Below are positions 47,277 through 56,416 of a stretch of 64,000 bases of DNA, in pieces. How positions within the stretch are numbered: position 1 is the stretch's first letter; every line of letters begins with the position of its first letter. The notes beneath the pieces were generated by a model that saw only the letters and a program-made list of their open reading frames with translations, searched no databases and was not told the DNA's origin. The stretch spans positions 1-64,000 of the forward strand of contig CAVSMN010000014.1 in the NCBI GenBank assembly GCA_963729045.1. The letters run 5' to 3'. The position numbers and the translations under genes are program-made. Source of the stretch: an uncultured Nitrososphaeraceae archaeon. Lineage in GTDB: Archaea > Thermoproteota > Nitrososphaeria > Nitrososphaerales > Nitrososphaeraceae.

Positions 47277-47658
47277 TGCATCTAATCAGAGTACATTGCT
47301 TTTCTTCACATCAAACTATCCATCACAATATTTTTTTGAGAGATGAAATCGATGAAACTATATTTTTTAATACATTCAAGATTATTGAAACAAAAATCAA
47401 AAGGCAATTAAGAATCAATTTAAATGAATCGATGTGGTTTTATTGCGGATGTGTCTTAAATCAATTACACTTGGGTACTGCATATAGATGAAATCAGGAC
47501 AAATTTATCTAAGATACTAAGTGAAGAAATGGTTATGATAGGAGTAGTGGAGTTAATGAAAAAAATTGAAATTGAAATAAAAATTGTTACAGGATCACAT
47601 TATTTCCCATAATATAAGATTAAGATTAGTAAAGCCAATACGGATGAGTAAAAATTAA
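47276..47658 (+). CDS. stand-alone urease gamma subunit (UreA)-like protein; two 1-nt frameshifts (~47483, ~47605)
   Basis: Joined frames read KIKRQLRINLNESMWFYCGCVLNQLHLGTA-IDEIRTNLSKILSEEMVMIGVVELMKKIEIE...RLVKPI, aligning with UreA RLARGLKLNYPEA...G....L......L....VMEGVPEM...IQVE...VHNPI; ATG overlaps ureohydrolase stop (TAATG). Confidence 0.75.
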
Positions 47659-47799
47659 ACAGCAAATGCATCAAATCGTGTTTTATTTTTTGAAAATTGA
47701 TAACCAGTGCTGAAAAAAATTGTTGATATTTACTGTTGATATTTGAGTTTAAAACTTGAATTTGTTCCACCATTTTGTATCTATCTGATCAATAGAAAA

Positions 47800-49506
47800 T
47801 TAATAATAATGGTGATGGGGTCTTTGTTGTTTGCCCAACCTATCAAAGTAATGATCATGTTTTTTGTCTCCACCAGCATGCGAATGCTCTGTCCCATCCT
47901 CATGGGTATGAGTGTTCATTAGTGGTTTTTTGATAATAATGTCGTCTATATTTATCAAAAGACGGCTTACTTCTACGGCTGTATTGAGCACTTGCTCCTT
48001 TACAATTGTAGGTTCGATCACATCCCAATCCAGTTGAGATATTTTTCTTTCGTCTGAATTTAGTCCAAACCATTTAACCTTTTTACTATCAAAATTCTGA
48101 GATAGATTTAGTCTAAGTTGAATAAAAGCATCCATCAAATTCAACCCTGAATTTTTTGCAAGAATTAATGGAATTTCTTCTAATGCTTCGGAGAATTTAA
48201 GTAAAACTATTTGCTCCGTTCCTTCAATCATGTTTGCTCTTTTTCTTACTTGTTGTGCCATTAATGCTTCACAAGACCCACCTCCAATGACAATGGATGG
48301 ATGTTGGACGAATCTACTTATACTGGTAATAGTACTTTGAATTGCACGATGATATTCATCTAGCATCATTTTTGAATTTGCTCTGATTAAAATTGAAACT
48401 GTTTTAGGATTTATACATCCTTCTACAAATATCATCTTATCGCTCCCTATTTTCTTCTCATATACATTTTTGGCATATCCTACATTACTTTGTATGTTTC
48501 TAACATCTAAATCCTTTATCAGTTTTCCGCCTGTAGCTTTCTCTAGCCAATGAAGATCATTCTCTTTTACTCTTTTGACTGACATTATTCCAAACTTGGC
48601 CAAAAGATCCTGTGCCACCAAGTCTATTCCTTTACGGTTTATTACTACATTTACACCACTATCGATTATTTTTTGTATTTTGTTTCTCGTGATGTGGTTT
48701 TCTTCAATCCTAAATAGATACATCTGTTCTGGACTGCTGATTGATAATTGAGATTCTGTTTTTGTCGACCTTGCCTGAAGGTCTTCGTCTAGTAAAAGGA
48801 TTCGTGCATTTTTGACAAATTTAGGCATGAGATCACTATCTATTGTTTTATCAATCAGTACTCCATCAATCAGAATACTCTCTGATAAATTACCAATTTT
48901 TTCCTCAATTTTTATGTCATCCGCCTCTAAAAGGTAGTTATTATTAGAATATACAGTATTAATCGCATTAACGGTAATTTCTAAAATATTATTTAATTCG
49001 GATTGTGGGTCAGAGGAAAGCCTGACTTTTGTTCCTAAACACGTCCGTGCGAGTTTCTCAATGATTGTCCTATCCTTGCTACTTACTTTTCTTGAGATAT
49101 TGTGCAAGGTCTCTAGGGAATATTTGAGCCCTTTATCATATCCGTTAACAATAGTAGCTGGATATATGTTCATCGCCAACATCTCTTGTGCCTTTTCCAA
49201 AAGAGTAGCCGCAATTATGGCAGTTGTTAGTGTTCCATCCCCTACTTCGTTATCCACTGTATTAGTGGCATCGATTATCACTTTAGCTGCGGGATGTTGA
49301 ACATCAATCTTACGGAGGAATGTGGCACCATCTTTTGTGCATGTCGATTCACCAATTATGTCAATATAGATCTTTTCATTTCCTAAAGGACCATAGCAGC
49401 TCTCAATTAGAGATTTTATCAGCCGAGCGGCATGAATGTTATAACTCCTTACTTCTTTGCCACTTGTTCGCTGTGTATCATCAGGGATTAGTTTAGCATA
49501 GGACAT
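47800..49506 (-). CDS. thermosome (group II chaperonin) subunit paralogue with His-rich C-terminal tail
   Basis: GPLG, TKDGAT, VQHPAAK, EVGDGT, GGGSCE, LEEIP, VIEP, NIDD; tail HTHEDGTEHSHAGGDKKHDH...PHHHYY. Confidence 0.95.
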   Translation of the reverse strand: MSYAKLIPDDTQRTSGKEVRSYNIHAARLIKSLIESCYGPLGNEKIYIDIIGESTCTKDGATFLRKIDVQHPAAKVIIDATNTVDNEVGDGTLTTAIIAATLLEKAQEMLAMNIYPATIVNGYDKGLKYSLETLHNISRKVSSKDRTIIEKLARTCLGTKVRLSSDPQSELNNILEITVNAINTVYSNNNYLLEADDIKIEEKIGNLSESILIDGVLIDKTIDSDLMPKFVKNARILLLDEDLQARSTKTESQLSISSPEQMYLFRIEENHITRNKIQKIIDSGVNVVINRKGIDLVAQDLLAKFGIMSVKRVKENDLHWLEKATGGKLIKDLDVRNIQSNVGYAKNVYEKKIGSDKMIFVEGCINPKTVSILIRANSKMMLDEYHRAIQSTITSISRFVQHPSIVIGGGSCEALMAQQVRKRANMIEGTEQIVLLKFSEALEEIPLILAKNSGLNLMDAFIQLRLNLSQNFDSKKVKWFGLNSDERKISQLDWDVIEPTIVKEQVLNTAVEVSRLLINIDDIIIKKPLMNTHTHEDGTEHSHAGGDKKHDHYFDRLGKQQRPHHHYY

Positions 49507-49550
49507 ATCTTGTTATAATTCTTGGAGTTTATATATGGTAACATCAAAAA

Positions 49551-49603
49551 TGTATTTTACAAAAATTTGTAATTCGTTCTGAAAATATAAAAGTAGATTA
49601 CGT
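49551..49603. promoter_or_regulatory. two operator-like GTA-N3-TAC sites
   Basis: TGTA-TTT-TACA (49551-49561) and AGTA-GAT-TACG (49592-49602) in the thermosome/49681 divergent region. Confidence 0.45.
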
Positions 49604-49680
49604 ATTCGTTTTTTGGAACAAATGTGTAAATTCCTCTTTTTTGCAATACTTTTTTATAGTTATTAATTATTAATTCCTTA

Positions 49681-49974
49681 ATGCCAACTGTAACATCTAA
49701 AGTTGAAATTGAAAATGCTTCAAAGAATGCAATAAACGCCCTCTTTGGACCAAATGTTGAAAATTTTAGAATACGTGAAGTATTTCCATATTCTGAGGAT
49801 CAAATTGTAGCCCATAGCGAACAAATGGACGAGACGTCTCAACCAAAAGATGGATGGGATATTCAGGTTACATTCTTGTTAAACGGTCTTCAATATACAG
49901 TGGATCTCATCATTCATGAAAAAGATGGACAGGTAAGTTATTCTAGGGTCATTGACAAAATGGTTCCTCTCTGA
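49681..49974 (+). CDS. hypothetical protein (small alpha/beta, PepSY-like pattern)
   Basis: Helix followed by WDIQVTF...YTVDLII...GQV strands. Confidence 0.7.
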   Translation: MPTVTSKVEIENASKNAINALFGPNVENFRIREVFPYSEDQIVAHSEQMDETSQPKDGWDIQVTFLLNGLQYTVDLIIHEKDGQVSYSRVIDKMVPL

Positions 49975-49981
49975 TTTTTAG

Positions 49982-50441
49982 ATGCTATTTAAGAATATTT
50001 TACTAGCTTTCGATGGCTCAACATGCTTCGTCAAAAGCAGCAGAATATGCAATTTACTTGTGTAAATTAGAAGGGGCACCTCTTACATTCTTACACATCC
50101 TTGATAATATTAAGCAAGGCGGGGTCATAGGTCTAAGAGCACGATATGGTGATACTAATTTGATTGATGGATACAAAAGGGCAAGAAGGCAGGACGCAGA
50201 AAAATGGATAAAACCAATTCAAGAGAGAGCCACAACAGAGGGTATCAAGAGTACCATTGCTATTTTAGATGATGAAAAAAATTCTAAAGTAGAAACAATC
50301 GTTCAATTTATAGAAAAAAATAATATTGATCTAGTTATTATGGGTTCGAGAGGATTATCTAAATTTAAACAAATGTTAGTTGGAAGTATTGCATCAGGGA
50401 TAATTAGTCATTCCAAATGCCCTGTGTTGGTAATCCGATAA
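49982..50441 (+). CDS. universal stress protein; 1-nt insertion at ~50025
   Basis: ATG 49982 gives MLFKNILLAFDGSTC|SSKAAEYA; C-terminal MGSRG...GSIA...CPVLVIR. Confidence 0.92.
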
Positions 50442-50445
50442 CCAT

Positions 50446-51198
50446 CTACTTTTTTTTTAGATAGTTTAGGATTATTTCTTTTACAAAATCATTTACCTCA
50501 TGACCATTCTCTTTTGCCTTTTGCTCTAAAGAATTCCACAGGATTCTATCCTTTTCTTTGGAAGGATTAAAAACTAATCTTACTGTAAGTAGTCCTTTGG
50601 GAGCGCCTCTTTTTATCCCTAATCGGATGAGTTCTTCTTTCAATGCAGCAGGCTCGATATCTGCCAACTTTATCTGAACTTCAGATGGCTGTCTTGCTAT
50701 TTTTATGCCTTCATAAAGCGTAATTTCACCATTTTCTATTTTTTCCTGAATCTGATTTGGAAGGGTAAGAATGCTTAGCCATTCACTAATTGTGCTTTTC
50801 GGTAACCCGTATAAACGAGATACTCCTGTAATTCCAGACTTCGTCGATTCTACCAATTTTTTTACCATTCTTGCCTTTTCTAAAGGGGAGAGATCTTTTC
50901 TTATTAAATTTTCAAACAGAGAGGCTGCCTCTGCTTCTGCACCCTTTAATTTTGTAATAACTGCTGGAATTTCTTTCTCTCCTTTATTGTGGAGGGCTAA
51001 AAATCTTCTCCTTCCGATAAGTAACTTATATCTTTTAGTAAAATTATCAAATCGGACCACAACCGGTTGAAGTAATTCAAATTTTGCCAAATGTTCTTTC
51101 ATTAAGTTATCACTTGAATCTTTTCCAAATGAAAAATTCTTACGGACATTTTCATCTGCTACATCGATTAAATCAACCGGAATATTCTTGATTTTCAA
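50446..51198 (-). CDS. ParB/Spo0J-family protein (ParB-N CTPase domain + HTH + C-terminal dimerisation region)
   Basis: NVRK, LLQPVVVR, LIGRRRFLA, ENLIRKDLSPLEKA, HTH SRLYGLPKSTISEWL, LP..IQ..I..GEI. Confidence 0.9.
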   Translation of the reverse strand: MKIKNIPVDLIDVADENVRKNFSFGKDSSDNLMKEHLAKFELLQPVVVRFDNFTKRYKLLIGRRRFLALHNKGEKEIPAVITKLKGAEAEAASLFENLIRKDLSPLEKARMVKKLVESTKSGITGVSRLYGLPKSTISEWLSILTLPNQIQEKIENGEITLYEGIKIARQPSEVQIKLADIEPAALKEELIRLGIKRGAPKGLLTVRLVFNPSKEKDRILWNSLEQKAKENGHEVNDFVKEIILNYLKKK

Positions 51199-51275
51199 TC
51201 CTTATTACTTATTCATCTTTTATATTATTATTCATTTTGGTTTGAAGCCATTAGTTTGCCACTTTCTTTATTAAT

Positions 51276-51318
51276 CGTATTATACGCATCAATCTTACGC
51301 CTATATTCGTAATTTACG
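51276..51318. promoter_or_regulatory. two perfect CGTA-N3-TACG palindromes, 32 bp apart
   Basis: CGTA-TTA-TACG (51276-51286) and CGTA-ATT-TACG (51308-51318) upstream of the parB-like gene and 51360. Confidence 0.65.
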
Positions 51319-51359
51319 GGATTCTAAACAATCCTTATATTAATTAAATTTGATAGTAA

Positions 51360-51629
51360 GTGATGCAAAGTTATCTCAAATCAAATGAAAAACTTGATCA
51401 TTATGATGAATTGAGTAAAGCGACTTTTTTATCTTACTTTATTTCTTTATATATTTCTACTATTGAACATAAGAATAGGAATGATAGTGTTTCAGTTAGT
51501 GAAATTTATGATTTTATACAAGATTTACAAGACGAATTGGATTTTAAAGTTCCTCATGTTGACAAAAGAGATATCAGTTTGTGCTTTTATATTTTAGACA
51601 AGTTGGGTGTATGTAGTTGTTTAAAATAA
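51360..51629 (+). CDS. hypothetical protein (possible winged-helix fold)
   Basis: SVSEIYDFI...DISLCFYILDKLGV pattern. Confidence 0.55.
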   Translation: MMQSYLKSNEKLDHYDELSKATFLSYFISLYISTIEHKNRNDSVSVSEIYDFIQDLQDELDFKVPHVDKRDISLCFYILDKLGVCSCLK

Positions 51630-51660
51630 ACACAAACTATTTTAAGAATAAATACAAAAA

Positions 51661-52131
51661 TTTGGTAACGAAAGTTCGATTACAGATGAAACCATCAATC
51701 TTGAAGAACTGGTAAAGTGTGGTGAAAAAGAGGCCAGTCGGAATAATTTTGAAAAGGCTCTAGATATTTTTGATAAGGCAATAAGGATAAATCCCGCATT
51801 TGACTCTGCTTACGGTGATAAGGCCCTAGTATTTGACAAGATGGGAAAATTGGATGAATCTTTAAAAATGTATTCTAAGGCATTGGAAATTAATCCAAAA
51901 AATTCGATAACGTGGCATAATAAGGGTTTAACCCTAATCAAAAAGAAAAGAATGGATGAAGCCATTAATTGTTTTGATAAAGCTATTTCTATTGATAAAA
52001 ATTATTCCAAGGCTTGGTATAACAAAGGAAGATGCCTTGAGATGCAGGGTAATTTGGAAAATGCACAGATTTGTCTAACTAAGGCTAGAAAATTAGATCC
52101 ATTCCTGTTTTCTAAAATTAAACTAAGATAA
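51661..52131 (+). CDS. TPR-repeat protein (start uncertain; frame open well upstream of track ATG 51841)
   Basis: TPR consensus (FEKALDIFDKAIRINP...AYGDKA; WHNKG; AWYNKG) begins ~150 nt before the track start. Confidence 0.85.
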   Translation, partial: FGNESSITDETINLEELVKCGEKEASRNNFEKALDIFDKAIRINPAFDSAYGDKALVFDKMGKLDESLKMYSKALEINPKNSITWHNKGLTLIKKKRMDEAINCFDKAISIDKNYSKAWYNKGRCLEMQGNLENAQICLTKARKLDPFLFSKIKLR

Positions 52132-52319
52132 AAGAGCAAATAATACCCCTTTTTAGTTCCTGTTTTGCTTTATTAAATTTCGACCAAATATTCTATTCAA
52201 TTTGTTACAGACTGTAAGTGCGACAAAAGATGATAAAAGCTGTATCTCTTAAAACATTATTATTAATGTATGTAAAAATAATTAGTAAAGTTTAATTTAG
52301 AGATTCTGTATTTATTTTC

Positions 52320-52679
52320 ATGAAAGAAATCAATGTTTATATTCGACCGAACGATCTTTCAAAAGTGACTGATATTTTACAAAAGCATAAGTTGGGTATT
52401 ACCTTTTTTGATATCCAGGGAACTGGTAGAACTCCACGATCTACCTCCGAAATTATTCATTCTTATCAAACCGGTAGAACCACAATACCTAAATTTATAG
52501 GCCGTGTCCTTGTGATTTCAATAGTTTCGGATTCGATTGTTAACCAAATCATTGAGGAGATGATGCGTAGTTTTGATATGCAAGAAGAACCATACGGCGT
52601 ACTCTTTGTAAAAGATGTGACTAATGCCTATGAATTAGGGACTGAGTTGAAAGGGGATGAAGTTCTAGTTTCAAAATGA
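52320..52679 (+). CDS. divergent P-II-family signal transduction protein
   Basis: MKEINVYIRP.....V...L, GIT...G.G, G.LFV.DV..A...T...G. Confidence 0.85.
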   Translation: MKEINVYIRPNDLSKVTDILQKHKLGITFFDIQGTGRTPRSTSEIIHSYQTGRTTIPKFIGRVLVISIVSDSIVNQIIEEMMRSFDMQEEPYGVLFVKDVTNAYELGTELKGDEVLVSK

Positions 52680-52960
52680 TCTAATTCTAATAAATGAACA
52701 ATCTTTTGAAAAAGGCTTTGCGTTTTCAAAATTATCTCGACGTCTTTTTCGGGTATCTTAATGTCTACTAACGGTTTTCTTTCATATCTTGGCTGCTCTA
52801 AGACATTAAGTCCGGTTTAATCAAATTACTATTTACAGTATTAGTTGAAGATAAGTAAATTAGGATCATGATAACAGCCATAGTCATTTTAATCTTTGTC
52901 ATGAGATCTAGTTTAACAAGATCTTAACCAATAATAGTCGGTCCTGATTATTGACAAGAA

Positions 52961-53240
52961 TTGACCAAAGAACTATCAGAAGAAGAAGCTTGGAATATTA
53001 TCAAACCTATCTGTAGAGAACTTGATGAATTGAGAAATGAAGGCCACTTGATAGTTTTTGTCTGGACTTCAAAATGAAAATGATGGAACCTATAAAATAA
53101 ACCTGCGGAGTAATCATTTGCATTTTGCGTCGCGAGGATTAAAGGATAGTATAGGTGATATATCATATGAGACTGGTAGAATCAGAATTGGTATGCGAGC
53201 TAATGGGATTCCGATAAACATATTCGTTGAACTATTTTGA
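52961..53240 (+). CDS. hypothetical protein; 1-nt frameshift in T-run at ~53056
   Basis: TTG 52961 MTKELSEEEAWNIIKPICRELDELRNEGHLIV joins track ORF 53058 (LSGLQNEND...). Confidence 0.7.
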
Positions 53241-53420
53241 TATGGGGGTTTTGTATTAGGTAAAATGGTCGGAATAATGAACCTAGTCATTAATTCTTGA
53301 TTTATGTAGAACATGTAGTACAGGATTTCTTTTACTAAAAATGGGGAATTTTGCCCTCAATTACGATTTTTCTTGCTAGATAGCCAGCTGCACTATGTGA
53401 GAGTGTGACAATTGGAGAAT

Positions 53421-54978
53421 TTATAGTTCATGCTCTTTTAGAGTAATTTGATTCGTTCTTCTTTTCAATAGTATCATACAGGGGAAGGATATCAAAGAAA
53501 TTATTGTTGCGGTGATAAAGATGAGATCATATGATAACTGAGAAGGAAATGATTGTCCCCCCATACTGATTACTGACTCTTGAAAAGCTTGCATATAAGT
53601 TGAGGCAATTACTGGACCTATGGAACTGCCCATTAATACTAATACTACTGATATCCCTATCGAGACTCCGCTATACTGATGGGGTGTATGTTGCAATGTG
53701 ATATTGAAAGCTCCTACTTGTGTCAATGACAATCCTGCGGAGATTATTATCAAATTTAGTGAAATTAAAAATTCACTTCCATGAAATGCGAATAAACTAG
53801 CAAAACCAATTGTAGTCAAAACACTTCCTACAACAATTGGCTTGAAATTGCCTATTTTTGATACTATAAATCCTGAGGATGGAGCAAATATTAAGAAAAC
53901 TATCATGAACGGCAATTGAACCATTGCACTATCCATTGCTTCCCCACCAAATCCAAACGGTATTGGGCTAGTTACCAAAATTGGTATAGTTTGATAAATC
54001 ATAAACATTGTTATTCCAAAAACTAAGAGGATAATATTTGATGGAAGCAAAATCCTGTCTGATATTAATCTGAGTGGTATTAACGGATCCTTTGCCTTTC
54101 TTTCAACGAGTACAAATGCTGTCATTGAGCAAATTGTCAGTGTAACAAGTGAACCTAGGACAATGCCATCAAACGACGTAAAATTATTGGATTCACTATT
54201 TGTGTTAGCAAAATATGTTAAAGTTAATAGGAAAGATGAAATTGATAAAGCTAACGATATTGCTCCTTTAATATCTATATGATGTCTGGTTTTTTTATCA
54301 CTAAGGTTACTTTGATCTAATCGTCCATTTTCCTTTTTGGGTTGGATTGAAATTTGAATTTTGTTCACCCTCGTTGTTGATATTTGATGTGTCATCATCC
54401 TTTATTCGCTTCTTTATTATGATCCAAAGTATGATTGCCACTGGTATTATGGTGAAAAAGGTAGCTTGCCATCCAAAATTTTGGACTATTGTCCCACCTA
54501 TAGCCATTCCAACTACTGATCCTGCAGCAAACATCGAACTGAAAACTCCTATACCAATTGCAATCTTAGACATAGGAAATTGGTCTCTTATGATTCCAAA
54601 TGCGATGGGGAACATTGAAATACCTATACCTTGAATGATTCTTGCCAAAACTAAAGTGTAAATATTAGTTGACAATCCTCCGATGGCGATCCCTATAATA
54701 TAAATAATAAAAATCACAAGCACCATTTTCTTTCTACCATATATGTCTGATAATTTTCCTGCTATAGGCGTCATGACTGCTCCTGAAATTAAGTAGGCCG
54801 TCAGAATCCATGACGAGGTACTATATGAAATATCAAAGTCTCTAATTATATCACTAATAGCTGGTAAAAGCATGGTTTCTCCGTACATCGTTATCAAAAT
54901 TGTCGATCCCAATATTGCCAGTGTTATCCACGTGGATTCGTGAATCTTTTCGCTGGCATTTGGTTTTATGTTTTTCAT
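53421..54978 (-). CDS. MFS transporter, 14-TM DHA2-like; frameshift in central loop (~54310-54390)
   Basis: WILTAYL, GKLSDIYGRK, ARIIQGIG, D.KG, VERK..DPLIPL. Confidence 0.9.
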
Positions 54979-55023
54979 GAATGAATACCTAGTTTAGCAA
55001 AAAATGGTAGTAATGTTATCAGA

Positions 55024-56069
55024 TCATACGGCTGGAATTTTAACTTCCTTCTTTAATTTACTTCTATATTCTCTATAGTCCTCATCAATCTCCATGGCTG
55101 CTTGAAGTATTTTGCTTCTTATTGTGTTAGATGAATTGATAAACATCCTTGTATCTTTGGGAAGACAGTGACCTCCTATTCCATCCCTAGGTTCTAGAAC
55201 TTCTACATTCCATTTTGTATTGAGTGATTCACGTAATTCAGAAAAACTGATACTGTTAGACTTGCAATAGAGGTAAAGCTCTTCTGCAAATGCTATTTGA
55301 AGATATCTATGAGCATTTTCTACTATTTTTGTTAGTTCTGCTACTTCAACTGACGATACTGGATGCATTGGAATTGATAGAGTTTTTATCCCAGCTGATG
55401 ATGAAGCTTTGTTGTTTCTGTTGTCTGGGGTACTACTTCCCGTCCATCATAAAAGTTAAGACCGTGTTGCAAGCAGCAGTTGCTCACACCTCCTACAATA
55501 CGTAATTGATTAACACCGTGAACTTCTTCTTCTAATGCATACCATCTATGTGGTGCATGTACAACGTGTAGTCTATGGTCTACTTTTTCAAATACTTTTT
55601 TAGATGTACCTTTTGGTATAGTGCTTTCAATTGATATTAGTGCGCCTGTTTTAGCTTCTCTAGATATCTTTTCAACAACAGACATCAAACCATCTACTTG
55701 TGGTGTAAACATATCATCTGGTCTATGTGTAGATACACAGATAATTAGTACGTCAAAATCACCAAAGTTGGATGCTTGCTTTATTCCATAGTTGGCTTCA
55801 GCTGATTGCATGGTTTTTTGATTTATATCATATCCATAAGTATCAAAACCATGTTCTTTAACATATTTTGCAACTGGAAGACCAAGTTGGCCAAGTCCTA
55901 TGATAACTACTTTTTCATTTTTAAGGATGTTGGGCCTTTGGGCATTTAACTTGTTAGATGTAATTGGATTAGTAGTGCTAAGGACACTATCTGAATAACT
56001 AAACTGTTCCTGTGTCTCCAAACGCATGCCGTCTAAAGACTGGTCATTTTCCTTCCTTAATGGAATCAT
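55024..56069 (-). CDS. nucleotide-sugar dehydrogenase-like protein lacking the C-terminal domain; frameshift at ~55410
   Basis: GLGQLGLP Rossmann, ICVST, IESTIP.GT, AELTKIVENAHR...AFAEE, GIGGHCLPKD catalytic Cys motif; frames rejoin via SSSAGIKTLSIPMHPVS. Confidence 0.85.
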
Positions 56070-56103
56070 GATTTATCTTACTAATACTCCTTAATAAATT
56101 AAA

Positions 56104-56115
56104 CTGACTGGTCAG
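56104..56115. promoter_or_regulatory. TetR-type palindromic operator CTGAC-TG-GTCAG
   Basis: Perfect palindrome next to the minus-strand TTTATTAA box (56091-56098); weaker copy AGACTGGTCA at 56037-56046. Confidence 0.65.
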
Positions 56116-56416
56116 ACATGTTTATTAGTATCCAGACCTAAATTAACTTGTTCGTGTCTAGACTTGATTTTAATTCCCAAGAACTTGCTTCAAAGTATTT
56201 TTTACGATTTAGAATGAGAATTGCCTCTTTACCTAACGATATAAAAAATGATACTAGAAAATTTCAAATTATTGGTAGTTACATTAAACCTATAATATTG
56301 TGTGCCATAAATTTTTTATTAAAAAAAAGTGGAAAATCAGATGTGTCCCGTATTGAAGTAGTAAACCTCAGAGGATACAAGTATTCTTACAGACATCTTG
56401 AAATGGGTGAACATTA

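Noticed and set aside
51652..51670. Non-canonical start codon for the TPR gene
   Set aside because: One missing G (TTG GGT) explains it, and there is no functional reason to expect regulation here.
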